Made by a program: the position numbers and the translations under genes. 64,000 nt of DNA from a virus. This document shows positions 17,059 to 26,659 of the stretch, one piece after another (within the stretch, counting starts at the first letter, position 1; each line of letters starts with the position of its first letter). The stretch lies in the IMG/VR virus record IMGVR_UViG_3300042449_001328, positions 1 to 64,000 of that record. One strand, given 5' to 3'. The notes beneath the pieces are model-generated. The model had not been told where the DNA came from, did not search any database, and saw only the letters and a list, made by a program, of their open reading frames with translations.

Positions 17059-19137
17059 TTATATTGCGTAAAAATTAGTTCCGTCTGAAATTACAGTAAA
17101 TGAATTGAGTGGCAGTAAACCTGATGAACCCAAATAAGCTGAGTTATTGTCTATTGTGCCTGAGAATGTTACAGTATTTGAAGTTGAATCAATTCTTTTG
17201 ATAGTGTGTTGTGTTGTACTTGAAGGCGTAGGTAAAGTGATAACAATATTGCCTGAAGATGCGTCAACAAATATATTGTAAATGGTACTTGCTGCGCTAG
17301 GCAGAGTCTGAGAGGTGGTTACAGATACGCTTATCAACTCTGCACCAGACGCAGATCCCACCACTACAGTGCCATCTCCTCCAGTAGTCCTTAATACACC
17401 GTTAGTAGTATAGGTGCTTAATTTTAAAGGTGCGTTCACATCAAATACACTACTGGCCTCTACTGTTACCTTACTCGGGGCGGTGACGGCTGCACCAGCC
17501 CATCCACCAATGTAAAGGTCATTCAATCCAGCACCATAGGAGTAGCTACTGAATAGTCCAATGCCATCGCTCGCTATAAGGCCGCTCCCTCCAGTTCCGC
17601 CATCTTGAAATCGAGGAATCGTAAACCGAAAAACTTTAGGTACTCCGCTTGTTATCGTGTTTGATTCAAAAAGATTTACACCAGCACCTTCATCCGCTCC
17701 AGCTTGAAAATTAACACCGTGGTAGGTAAACTTTTTTTCTCCCGGTGTATTTGTGCCGATTGTAAACTTTGAGTTTGTGGTCGATGTAAAATCTGCCACA
17801 TTCAAATTGGTTGTGGGTGCAATCTTGGCAATCACAACATCGGTATCAATCAAAATTGAATTGAACCGAACATTGTCGCCTTGCACTACTGTCTGGTCTA
17901 CATTTAGATTGAGCGTGTACAAATCATTTTGCGCTCCCACACCTGTTTGCGTACCAAGTCCATAAATCAAACGCTGCGAGCCGTCTGCCATTGATACGGT
18001 CAAAGGGCTTGCGGCATCGCGTTGCGGAATGGATGTGTTGTAGATCTGATGGATAGCATTTGTTTTGTCGACACTGTAGGCGAACACATTAAAATTATTA
18101 CCCGGCCCACTGAAGCCTTGCAATAGATAAATCCTGTCGTTAAAAACTGCGGTGGTTGGGAACTGTACGCCCCTGCTAACTTGCCCAAAGTTTGTCCAAG
18201 TCAATCCATTGTCTGAGCTTACCCAACAATTTTTATCGTATGTCCTTACCTCCACATTTGTGTTTGGGTCGGGTGGGTCTTCATAAAACAAATCATCTTC
18301 ATAAACACCGCCCGAAAGAACGTACATTTTGCCGTTAAAACTTGCACCGCAGCCACCTATGTTTTTACCGAATTGCGTCAACCCTGTCTGTACTTGCGCC
18401 CATGTAGCCCCACCGTTTGAGCTTTTCCAAATGTCCGTGTAATACGTTGGAGATACGATGGAGCTTTGGCCGCCAATCGTGTAGAGTTCGTTATTGTGAA
18501 CAAATGCAGAATAGAACACTCTGTTAGTGTAAGGGAGAGTGGCTATCTTTTGCGTCCAAGTAATAACTCCAGTACCTGCATTCACAACACCTTCCCAACA
18601 ATCATGAGCAAAATTTGCAGAGTATGCGTCAGAACCCCAAATGTATATTTTCCCATTGGCAACGCCACACCCTACTGCATGTCTGCGATACCACGGAGCG
18701 TTGGCCAACTGTGTCCACGAAGATAGGTTAGATCTGTTGGTACGATACACTTGCGAATTGGTGACAGGTGTTTGCCCAAGATTCCAGCCTCCCATAATAT
18801 AAACCCAATCGCCTACTTGAACCATTTGAGCACCATCTCTAGCAAAGGCGGTAACGGATGAAGTCAATAATGTAGGATCAAAATCATTTGGCTTAGTTAC
18901 ATTAGCAGAACCTCCTGTACCAGTTTTAGGGATCAAACCTGTATCAGTTAAATCCCCATCTAACCACCAATATTCACCTAGACCAGTGATCATTACAGTT
19001 AGACCTCCTACCCTTAATCCTAAGGGCACTCCCGCTCTAGCTGCCGCCAATGAAGCCCAAGGGCCTCTTCTTATATCTAAAGATACTGGGTTTACAACGT
19101 CTATACCTGTTGATAATGCTAATACTCCTCCTGCCAT
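17059..19137 (-). CDS. Tail fibre/receptor-binding-like protein with a Kelch/BNR beta-propeller
   Basis: YIMGGW, LYTIGGQ, MYVLSGG Kelch repeats; SSNGGATW and SSDNGLTW Asp-boxes; C-terminal ITLP...IKRID motif. Confidence 0.75.
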   Translation of the reverse strand: MAGGVLALSTGIDVVNPVSLDIRRGPWASLAAARAGVPLGLRVGGLTVMITGLGEYWWLDGDLTDTGLIPKTGTGGSANVTKPNDFDPTLLTSSVTAFARDGAQMVQVGDWVYIMGGWNLGQTPVTNSQVYRTNRSNLSSWTQLANAPWYRRHAVGCGVANGKIYIWGSDAYSANFAHDCWEGVVNAGTGVITWTQKIATLPYTNRVFYSAFVHNNELYTIGGQSSIVSPTYYTDIWKSSNGGATWAQVQTGLTQFGKNIGGCGASFNGKMYVLSGGVYEDDLFYEDPPDPNTNVEVRTYDKNCWVSSDNGLTWTNFGQVSRGVQFPTTAVFNDRIYLLQGFSGPGNNFNVFAYSVDKTNAIHQIYNTSIPQRDAASPLTVSMADGSQRLIYGLGTQTGVGAQNDLYTLNLNVDQTVVQGDNVRFNSILIDTDVVIAKIAPTTNLNVADFTSTTNSKFTIGTNTPGEKKFTYHGVNFQAGADEGAGVNLFESNTITSGVPKVFRFTIPRFQDGGTGGSGLIASDGIGLFSSYSYGAGLNDLYIGGWAGAAVTAPSKVTVEASSVFDVNAPLKLSTYTTNGVLRTTGGDGTVVVGSASGAELISVSVTTSQTLPSAASTIYNIFVDASSGNIVITLPTPSSTTQHTIKRIDSTSNTVTFSGTIDNNSAYLGSSGLLPLNSFTVISDGTNFYAI

Positions 19138-19138
19138 A

Positions 19139-20074
19139 TTATGATGTTGTTATTCTATGTGTAGTTGATGTTGTGTAAGGAGAAGCTATAACCATCTCAT
19201 ATTTATTGTACAATCTTGATGTTCCTCCAGCATCTAAGACCGATATAGTACCAATAAGAACATATTGGCTGGTAATATTTAGATTTAAGTTTCCTACATC
19301 TATTACAGAAGTGATTGTAACAGAAGGCGGTAAACAAACTGAGAACCTAGTTAAAGATGTTCCTGTTGTTAAATCAAACGTATTACCTGCTGTTTGAAAA
19401 GCATTGCTTGGTAAAGCTCTTACGTTTGCTGATGTAGTTGGCGAAGTAGCTGTAGCTCCCCAAAATCTCCTAAAAAAAGCTGTGACTGTAAAGTTACTAG
19501 AATCTATACTGCCTGGAGTTGACCCAGTATCTATAAGCGTACCTCTATAAACTCTATTTGCGCCATTGCTGTTAAGTATTACTGTGCCTAAAGAAACTCC
19601 TGATTGAATACCATCGTTAGCCGTTCCAGCCACTAAGGTAGTGGCTCCAGATATATCTTTAATATCTATACTGAGTACTATTCCTGAGTTTACTTGAATT
19701 CCCCAAGTAAAGGTAGCAGGTGTGGTCAATGTTGTTCCTACTTCTACTGAAGTAGCCTGTCCAGATATTGCAAATGATGTAAATACGGGGAATATGTATT
19801 CCCTTGCAATCAAGTTCATGACCTGCTCTGGTGTTAATCCAGCGGATGGTATTGTCTGACCGTTTGTATATCTACCAAGTGTTTTGCCTCCTGTAAGAGA
19901 TACAACAATATTGGAAGAAAATGTGCCATCGCTCTTTAGGCTAACCCAATTTGAAACAGTTGAATCATACCATTTAAGTTGATCGACATTGGTGTCTCTC
20001 CAAATCACATTAGTGTTTGTGGGAGCGACTGAACCAACAAAAATAGCTTTTACGAGACCTAGGTTGACTACCAT
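19139..20074 (-). CDS. Virion structural protein
   Basis: 311 aa, T-rich; APTNTNVIW.DT motif common in fibre proteins. Confidence 0.6.
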   Translation of the reverse strand: MVVNLGLVKAIFVGSVAPTNTNVIWRDTNVDQLKWYDSTVSNWVSLKSDGTFSSNIVVSLTGGKTLGRYTNGQTIPSAGLTPEQVMNLIAREYIFPVFTSFAISGQATSVEVGTTLTTPATFTWGIQVNSGIVLSIDIKDISGATTLVAGTANDGIQSGVSLGTVILNSNGANRVYRGTLIDTGSTPGSIDSSNFTVTAFFRRFWGATATSPTTSANVRALPSNAFQTAGNTFDLTTGTSLTRFSVCLPPSVTITSVIDVGNLNLNITSQYVLIGTISVLDAGGTSRLYNKYEMVIASPYTTSTTHRITTS

Positions 20075-20111
20075 TTTAGTTCAAATATGTATTTATTAAA
20101 AATACTTAATT

Positions 20112-20411
20112 TTAGATTGTGTATGTAAGCTCCCCATTTGAGTTTATGCTGTACTGAAGCGCATCGTCACCTATTATCAATAAATCTCCTCCTGAATTTA
20201 ACTGTACGTCTATTAGCGATGGATAATTTTTCAAGATAGCTAATAGTTCGTTTTCAATAAAATCTGTCCCATCCAAAGAACCAACATAATCCTCTATCAA
20301 CATTTGGATAATGTTTGGAGGAGTGTCTGAATCGTTATAGTACGTGAATATAACAATGTCCCCATCCAGTATCGTGTAGTTTGTAAGAGAGGATACTACT
20401 CTGAGATTCAT
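20112..20411 (-). CDS. Hypothetical structural protein
   Basis: 99 aa in the baseplate operon. Confidence 0.55.
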   Translation of the reverse strand: MNLRVVSSLTNYTILDGDIVIFTYYNDSDTPPNIIQMLIEDYVGSLDGTDFIENELLAILKNYPSLIDVQLNSGGDLLIIGDDALQYSINSNGELTYTI

Positions 20412-20413
20412 TT

Positions 20414-21625
20414 TTATAAAACCGTTAAAGCAAATGAAGGGTCAATTAAATCCTGATAATAAATTGGGTTTATTGTTCCAGATTGATTTATCTGGATATT
20501 GCCGTTTATGTCCCTGACCACAAACCCTCTGAACCTAGGTAGTTTATTGCTTGGTACTTTTATATCTATGTTTGGTGAAAAATAAGTATCAGGCACAGAT
20601 TTTACACCCTTTGTGTTTTTTACTGCAAACAATAAATCTTGCCACTTTATATTGTTCTTAGTAGAAGACCAAAACCTAAAATCAACTAGCTTGTTGAATT
20701 TGAATTGAATTTCTTTAACTACGTCCGTGAAAGTAAATGTATCAAATAGACCTATCCTAAATTCTACATCAATCATGAAATATTCTATATTCTTTAACAT
20801 TACACCGTAAGAAGAAGTGCCTATTGGGTTTAGCTCTGTTAGTGACAAATAAGGGATGATTCCTTGCAATATCACATCCAATTCATTTGTAGTAAAATCT
20901 ATTCCGTTTTGGGATACTACAGACAGTATTGTTTTACCTGTTGTATCCACTCCTTCAAAATTTATTTTCAATACATTTGGGTTAGCCTTCAAAGCGGCTT
21001 GAGTCAAATAAGACAAAGTGCCTCTGGACAATCCATCCGCTCCCTGCTTTATCCTTTGTCTTAACAAACTATCGTCTTCAATATCTCTGCCGCCTACTGC
21101 CGCAAATTCATTTATGACGCCTATGTGACCAGAAGGTATAGGAGACACAGTGGCTATTGTGTAAGGGTCTACATTGGTTATAAAACCTGTAGATTGAGAT
21201 CTTACTTTAATGTAATCATATCCTTTTGTCCCTATTGTTTTTGTTTGTTCTACGTCAAACACTATTCCGTTTTTACCGCTAAAAGTATGGATTCCTGCCG
21301 TATATATGGTTCCTGGATTAGCTTTTACACGTAACCAAGTACTAGATTGAGAAGCTCCAAATCTAGGTGCTATGCCGTTGTTTTCAGCAACTGTATCTAG
21401 GGTTGTTCCAAAAGCGGTATCTGGGAATTGATGAGATGCAGCCAAAGCTATATCCTTCAGTGCTTTCTTTGCTACCTTTGCAGAACCTGCTATTACACCT
21501 TGAATAACTGAGTCATCGTTTACTTTTGTGACTGCCTGAGTTGTATTGACAAAAACCTCTGTCATTACAGCCCTCAACTCTGCTTCAGTTGTAAGTCTAG
21601 TTACGTTATTGCTATTTGAAGCCAT
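20414..21625 (-). CDS. Baseplate J-like protein
   Basis: TAFGTTLD.VA...GI.PR, GGRDIEDDSLLRQRI motifs. Confidence 0.88.
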   Translation of the reverse strand: MASNSNNVTRLTTEAELRAVMTEVFVNTTQAVTKVNDDSVIQGVIAGSAKVAKKALKDIALAASHQFPDTAFGTTLDTVAENNGIAPRFGASQSSTWLRVKANPGTIYTAGIHTFSGKNGIVFDVEQTKTIGTKGYDYIKVRSQSTGFITNVDPYTIATVSPIPSGHIGVINEFAAVGGRDIEDDSLLRQRIKQGADGLSRGTLSYLTQAALKANPNVLKINFEGVDTTGKTILSVVSQNGIDFTTNELDVILQGIIPYLSLTELNPIGTSSYGVMLKNIEYFMIDVEFRIGLFDTFTFTDVVKEIQFKFNKLVDFRFWSSTKNNIKWQDLLFAVKNTKGVKSVPDTYFSPNIDIKVPSNKLPRFRGFVVRDINGNIQINQSGTINPIYYQDLIDPSFALTVL

Positions 21626-21626
21626 G

Positions 21627-22559
21627 TTATAAATTTATCTTGTTGTTAAAAAAATCACCTACCCTTGTTTCTACCTGAAAATAAACCACTGTGTTCTCTA
21701 ACTGCTTATCTATGTTAAGAATAGCAAAAGAGCTGAAGGTATCGTCTTTAGCAAAAGTGGCTGCAAGTTGCCTAAATACTGTTGGGTAAAAAGCCCCTAC
21801 AAAATTATTGCCTACCACTAGTGAATGGTCTACGCCATCTTCTGGGAATATTGGGTTATCCCCCTGCCTCATGCTAGATATAATCTCAACGGCTTGCTGT
21901 ATTGTATCTCTATATGGCAAAGTCTGTAAATCGTTGTTTACAATAGTGAGTTTTCTATATAAATCTTTACCGTAAGTTTTTTGGCTAGAGTCGAGATTGT
22001 CAACTACACTTTCTAAAGAGATAGTCTTGTTTGTTTTAAAAGTAGCTTTTAAAAAAACTCCACCTTCAGGTGTATAATCTTCTTCCCTTAATTGATTTAT
22101 CAACGCAGTATCTACCCAATCTTCTTCTGGATTTTCAGAAGATAACTCTCTCTCTAAATCTTCTAGGGATTGATTTTGTCTAGTCACTAAATCAACTTGG
22201 GTATTGTTTGAATAATTATAATTGACTATACTAGATCTTGTCCATCTACTGGAATTGTTTGCTGTATTAAGTGAAGTGATTATATCTTCTATAAATTCAG
22301 TCAATATCCAAAATTTATAATGACTAAGTGAAGCACTGTTTGAACTTAAAACATCAATTAATTCATTTGAAGATGATCTTAATTTTTTTAAAAAATCAAA
22401 AGAACTTTGAGGAAAAACATCTGAGACTTGGGTGTAAAAATTTATTATTTTCTGGTAATGAATATCATTGAACGTTGTGTAATATGTCAAATAAGTTCTT
22501 ATATCAAACTTAGTGATCGACTCAAAATCATCAATTATCTCCCTTGTTATATCTTCCAT
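21627..22559 (-). CDS. Baseplate wedge protein (gp25-like C-terminus)
   Basis: YGKDL...QQAVEI...GD.P.FPEDG; lies just before baseplate J. Confidence 0.65.
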   Translation of the reverse strand: MEDITREIIDDFESITKFDIRTYLTYYTTFNDIHYQKIINFYTQVSDVFPQSSFDFLKKLRSSSNELIDVLSSNSASLSHYKFWILTEFIEDIITSLNTANNSSRWTRSSIVNYNYSNNTQVDLVTRQNQSLEDLERELSSENPEEDWVDTALINQLREEDYTPEGGVFLKATFKTNKTISLESVVDNLDSSQKTYGKDLYRKLTIVNNDLQTLPYRDTIQQAVEIISSMRQGDNPIFPEDGVDHSLVVGNNFVGAFYPTVFRQLAATFAKDDTFSSFAILNIDKQLENTVVYFQVETRVGDFFNNKINL

Positions 22560-22563
22560 AGTT

Positions 22564-23307
22564 TTAAAAGACAGATTTTAAACCAAACTTTACTTTGTTA
22601 GCTATGGAATTGGCTTTCTTTTGAAGAGAACCAAAAGATATATTTTTGACAGAGTTCAATAAATTCTGTGAACTTGAAAGTAGATTGTTTAATGGAGCAA
22701 CTGCTGTCAATTGAATTGCGTACCCTGAGATCATGTTGTACCTACCGTTATCTTGCTTGTGTGTGAAATTATTGAATTCTACTACATAGTTATTCCCCAA
22801 GATAGGGTTATAAAGGACTAGCGTGTGAGGTTTCTGGTATTCATCTAGTTGCTTACTTTTCTCTTTTATAGACTCTATTGCCTTTACACAACCATACCCG
22901 TTCTTTGCAAAAGAACTAAATTGCGCTCCTTTAAAACTGAACTTCTTGTTCTTAATGCTCTTTATCACCGCCCCTATTCCTGCAAAATCAAATTTTTGGC
23001 CATTTATCAATACCCTAAATTTTCTGCCAAAATCCCCCCTAATGTTTATCTGTCTAGGGTTGAATGTAGGGTTTTTTAATACGCTTACAGCACCTATGCT
23101 TTTTCTTATAGTTGTTATCTCAGGTTGACTGTCTTGTATCTCGTCTGGCAATACTGGAAAAGCAAAGTAATCTACGGTCTTGCCTTTTGAATCAAATAGC
23201 TCAAAAGCTAAAAAGTAATATGGTATTTCTTCAGGAAAAAGAGCATTAGCTGCACCTTTACCTATATTTTTCAATAAGTCAGAATACTTAATATCTATTG
23301 CCGCCAT
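22564..23307 (-). CDS. Baseplate/tube-initiator-like protein
   Basis: FAFPVLPDEI...INIRGDFG; position in the module. Confidence 0.55.
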   Translation of the reverse strand: MAAIDIKYSDLLKNIGKGAANALFPEEIPYYFLAFELFDSKGKTVDYFAFPVLPDEIQDSQPEITTIRKSIGAVSVLKNPTFNPRQINIRGDFGRKFRVLINGQKFDFAGIGAVIKSIKNKKFSFKGAQFSSFAKNGYGCVKAIESIKEKSKQLDEYQKPHTLVLYNPILGNNYVVEFNNFTHKQDNGRYNMISGYAIQLTAVAPLNNLLSSSQNLLNSVKNISFGSLQKKANSIANKVKFGLKSVF

Positions 23308-23328
23308 TTTAATTAAAAATACTTAAAA

Positions 23329-23559
23329 CTAAGTCAATGAATTATTTAGTATGACTGGAACTGCGTTGGATTGAGCTGAAGGAGAACCTACTACATTTAT
23401 AGCTCCGCTTGGTATGGTTATAGTGGCTGATTTTATTGCATCAACTATTAATTCAGCTAATTGGGATTTGAATTCGGACTTTGCTTCTTCCAAAGATAAA
23501 GATGCTGTTGAATCCAATAACAAACCTATTTGAGCTTCTATTTGAGATTTTACCATCAT
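23329..23559 (-). CDS. Small baseplate-associated protein
   Basis: 76 aa, LAELIVDAIKSATI. Confidence 0.5.
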   Translation of the reverse strand: MMVKSQIEAQIGLLLDSTASLSLEEAKSEFKSQLAELIVDAIKSATITIPSGAINVVGSPSAQSNAVPVILNNSLT

Positions 23560-24356
23560 TTGACAAAACTTATTTTACTCTTCAGATCGTCTAATTTATC
23601 TTTCAATTGTATGTATTGCGCGTTATTCAGCAATGGATAAGGCCCCGCGCTATCTTTACCTAGTATGTCTAACAAGTCTGAAATCAGTTGCATTGTTTTG
23701 TTGCCTAACAAAATAGGCTCATCGCTTTCATTCAACTTTATCGACTCTTTGGTCAATATAACTTCATTAATATCTTCTCCCTCTACTTGGGTATCCAATT
23801 TTAATGAAATCTTTTTTGTAGAAATCACATTTACGTTTCCGTCATTGTTTACGTTAATATCTCCATTGCACACCACGTTCAATTGAGCAGTCCTAGAATT
23901 GTTGCTTACATTTAGGTTTATCTCGCCTCCAGTGTCTTCGTCACTATCAACGTTTAAATCTAGTGTACCTGTGTTCACATCCATCACTATCTCTACGTTT
24001 TTCCCTAGGAACGTTTTCTTTATTACAGATACCTTTTCGTTTCCTGTACTATAAGTAGATGGGCTTTGATATACTTGTATTACAAAAGGTTTATCTTGAT
24101 AAGGTAAACTGGCACATAGAACTTGTGAACCTATATCTTGAGAATCGACTGGAAAGGTTATCTCTCTAAGTAAAGAAATTGGAATAGGTACTCTATGCTT
24201 TACTTCTGCCCCCCTAACTAGGGTCACTGTATTTGTAAAGAAACAATTTTTTATGTATTCGTCTCTATCCCTATCTGAAGGTAGATATATTGCCCATAGA
24301 CTTATAGAGTCTCTGGTTCCTGGCAAAGGCTCTCTATCTATGTGATCTATTTCCAT
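23556..24356 (-). CDS. Baseplate central spike-like protein
   Basis: Beta-repeats G.IN..., EPILLGNK; follows the hub gene. Confidence 0.6.
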   Translation of the reverse strand: MEIDHIDREPLPGTRDSISLWAIYLPSDRDRDEYIKNCFFTNTVTLVRGAEVKHRVPIPISLLREITFPVDSQDIGSQVLCASLPYQDKPFVIQVYQSPSTYSTGNEKVSVIKKTFLGKNVEIVMDVNTGTLDLNVDSDEDTGGEINLNVSNNSRTAQLNVVCNGDINVNNDGNVNVISTKKISLKLDTQVEGEDINEVILTKESIKLNESDEPILLGNKTMQLISDLLDILGKDSAGPYPLLNNAQYIQLKDKLDDLKSKISFVK

Positions 24357-26653
24357 TGCTGTCTTGTAAGGAAAAAATTAAAAACATTTTTATTTACTTT
24401 CCAATCCTTTAAAAAGGAATTATCGGCAGCATTTTTAGGTATCTCCATTTTTATTAGATTGAAATAAGAAACATTGTCCTTAGAACCGTCTTCAAATTTA
24501 ACCTCTACGCCCTTTATATATTTTTCAACCATACCTCTGGTCACACCTATGGTAGTCAATCTGCGGTTTTCTCGACCTGACACTAGTCTTGTGTTGGAAA
24601 CTGAATCAACATAAAATATTTCTCCAGTAGGCTTATATCTTATATACATGCCCCTCTTTATCCTTCTGTCCCCCAAAATTGTTATTGATCCTTTTCTAGT
24701 AAAAGGTAAATGACAATTAGATTCCACTATAAATTTCATGTCGTGAAAAATCTGTGTCAGTAGATTAGTGTTTGCTGAATCAAATGTTTTATCTTGATTG
24801 TATATTTCAATTGGTAGATAGTTGTTAGGCACGGTTAATTGCCTTGATCCCCACACCTCTCCATATTCATCAAAAGAAACTATTGGGATTATTAGGGCAG
24901 CTTTTTTAAAATCTGGTACAAGCCCTTGTGGGTACATACTGTACCATGAATAAGCTGTATTCTCATAAGTCAAGCTCTCACTTTCTACAACTTCATCTTT
25001 TATATCAATTACTAGGCTTTGTCTTTTGCCTGTAACCACTATTTGTTCCAAGTCAACGTCAGTGTTTTGCTCTTCAAACTTAAAACCTCTGTTAACATCA
25101 TTGATAGTGGTTTTAGGCTCTAATTCTTTTAACTCATCGGTATTTTGGTTAACTACCTCTCCATACACTAAACCTAACACTCCTTGTTTATCAAAAGGAG
25201 GCTTTCTTACCATAAGATAAAACTTATCTCCGTATGTATCTGCATAGAATTCAACAAAAGGTTGTTGACACAATTTGTTTATTGAGTTCAATATACTGCC
25301 ACTTTCTGGTGTCAAAGAGCTGTCTGCCAATCTCCGCTGTTGAATTTGTGGGTCAAAAATTAAATTCATTACACGCCAAATGCCCCTAACATCTTCTTTC
25401 AAGAAAATGTCATCAGCTTTTATTATCTCCTTTATAGCAGGGTCTTGAGAGGAGCTTGTCATGCTGTATTTTTTAGACCGCTGGTTACTGCCGTAACCAA
25501 CAAATACATCGTCTGGTACACAACCTAAGTTACTGAATTTATTGAATATAAACTTCATAACTATGTCTATCGGGTTGTTGCTGTATATTGCCGTGATAAC
25601 TGATTGCAATACTAGTTCCACCCTGTTCCTTCTAGCTAGCACTCCATCGTTATTAAAGAAAGAAACACCAGTGCCTCCTTGGGCTGCTAAATATTCTGCT
25701 GAAAAGAAAGAGTTATCTTCAATCAAGGGTTTTATCAAATCCCTGCCTGACACATTTATTCTCACTGAATTTTCATCAGTAACTATACTAGTGGTGTCGA
25801 CCAATCCAATTAAGTCATATACCAATCCTGGCACATCTTGTGCAGACAATTGATTGGCTTGAATCAACTGTGCTTTAGTCTCATTGTTAAGCCTCTCAAA
25901 TCTGATGTACACTACATCGTTCTGTTGAATGCAGTCTTTGAAGAAAAAAACTGGACGTTTAAATGCTGACTTATCAGGGTCTTTGTCTTCTTTATACTTA
26001 GTTACGTGAGAAGTAATCAATATATCTTGATCCACCCCATTGCTAGAATAACTTTTACTTGACTTAGGTTGCCAACCGTTTTCAGGGGTATATGCTGCTT
26101 CAACTGGTAAGAATGAGATATTAAAAGACCCTCCTTGCTTTGTTACGTTTGTGGTACAAGATTCTATAAAAGGCGAAACATCAAGCCATCCTCCTTCACT
26201 CGTTCCTTGTGGCGATGAAGATCTGATCCACATAAAGACACTAAGTTCATTGTTGACCAACTCTACCGTAGTTTCTTTTTTCTTTAGAACACTTATATAA
26301 TTAGGGTCTTCGAATAATTGTTGAAGCTGTAATGCTATAAAGGCTTTGTAGTTAGATGTATCAAAAATGTCAGGCTGATCGGTAGTGCCTATAACCTCTC
26401 TCATGATCTGATCGTCAGGCACAAGTATATTAGTACCGTGTTTCAGTAAAATATCCTGATACTTACCTGAGTCGTATTTTTCTTGTTGCTCTTTTAGTTC
26501 TTGAGCGGTATATCTACGTTTTGCCCTTTGATAATTGGTTATAACAGTATCTCCCTTATAGTCAAGCAAATCTTTGCTTAACAGCAAAGTACGGAAGTTT
26601 GTGAGAAACTTTTCTACTGTTTGGTCTTCTAAAGAAGGGATGGTATTGTACAT
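24347..26653 (-). CDS. Baseplate hub-like protein
   Basis: SGRDL.K.L, PFVEFYAD, RKPPFD, GSITILGDRRIKRG...FYVDSVS motifs. Confidence 0.75.
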   Translation of the reverse strand: MYNTIPSLEDQTVEKFLTNFRTLLLSKDLLDYKGDTVITNYQRAKRRYTAQELKEQQEKYDSGKYQDILLKHGTNILVPDDQIMREVIGTTDQPDIFDTSNYKAFIALQLQQLFEDPNYISVLKKKETTVELVNNELSVFMWIRSSSPQGTSEGGWLDVSPFIESCTTNVTKQGGSFNISFLPVEAAYTPENGWQPKSSKSYSSNGVDQDILITSHVTKYKEDKDPDKSAFKRPVFFFKDCIQQNDVVYIRFERLNNETKAQLIQANQLSAQDVPGLVYDLIGLVDTTSIVTDENSVRINVSGRDLIKPLIEDNSFFSAEYLAAQGGTGVSFFNNDGVLARRNRVELVLQSVITAIYSNNPIDIVMKFIFNKFSNLGCVPDDVFVGYGSNQRSKKYSMTSSSQDPAIKEIIKADDIFLKEDVRGIWRVMNLIFDPQIQQRRLADSSLTPESGSILNSINKLCQQPFVEFYADTYGDKFYLMVRKPPFDKQGVLGLVYGEVVNQNTDELKELEPKTTINDVNRGFKFEEQNTDVDLEQIVVTGKRQSLVIDIKDEVVESESLTYENTAYSWYSMYPQGLVPDFKKAALIIPIVSFDEYGEVWGSRQLTVPNNYLPIEIYNQDKTFDSANTNLLTQIFHDMKFIVESNCHLPFTRKGSITILGDRRIKRGMYIRYKPTGEIFYVDSVSNTRLVSGRENRRLTTIGVTRGMVEKYIKGVEVKFEDGSKDNVSYFNLIKMEIPKNAADNSFLKDWKVNKNVFNFFLTRQQWK

Positions 26654-26659
26654 TTACCT

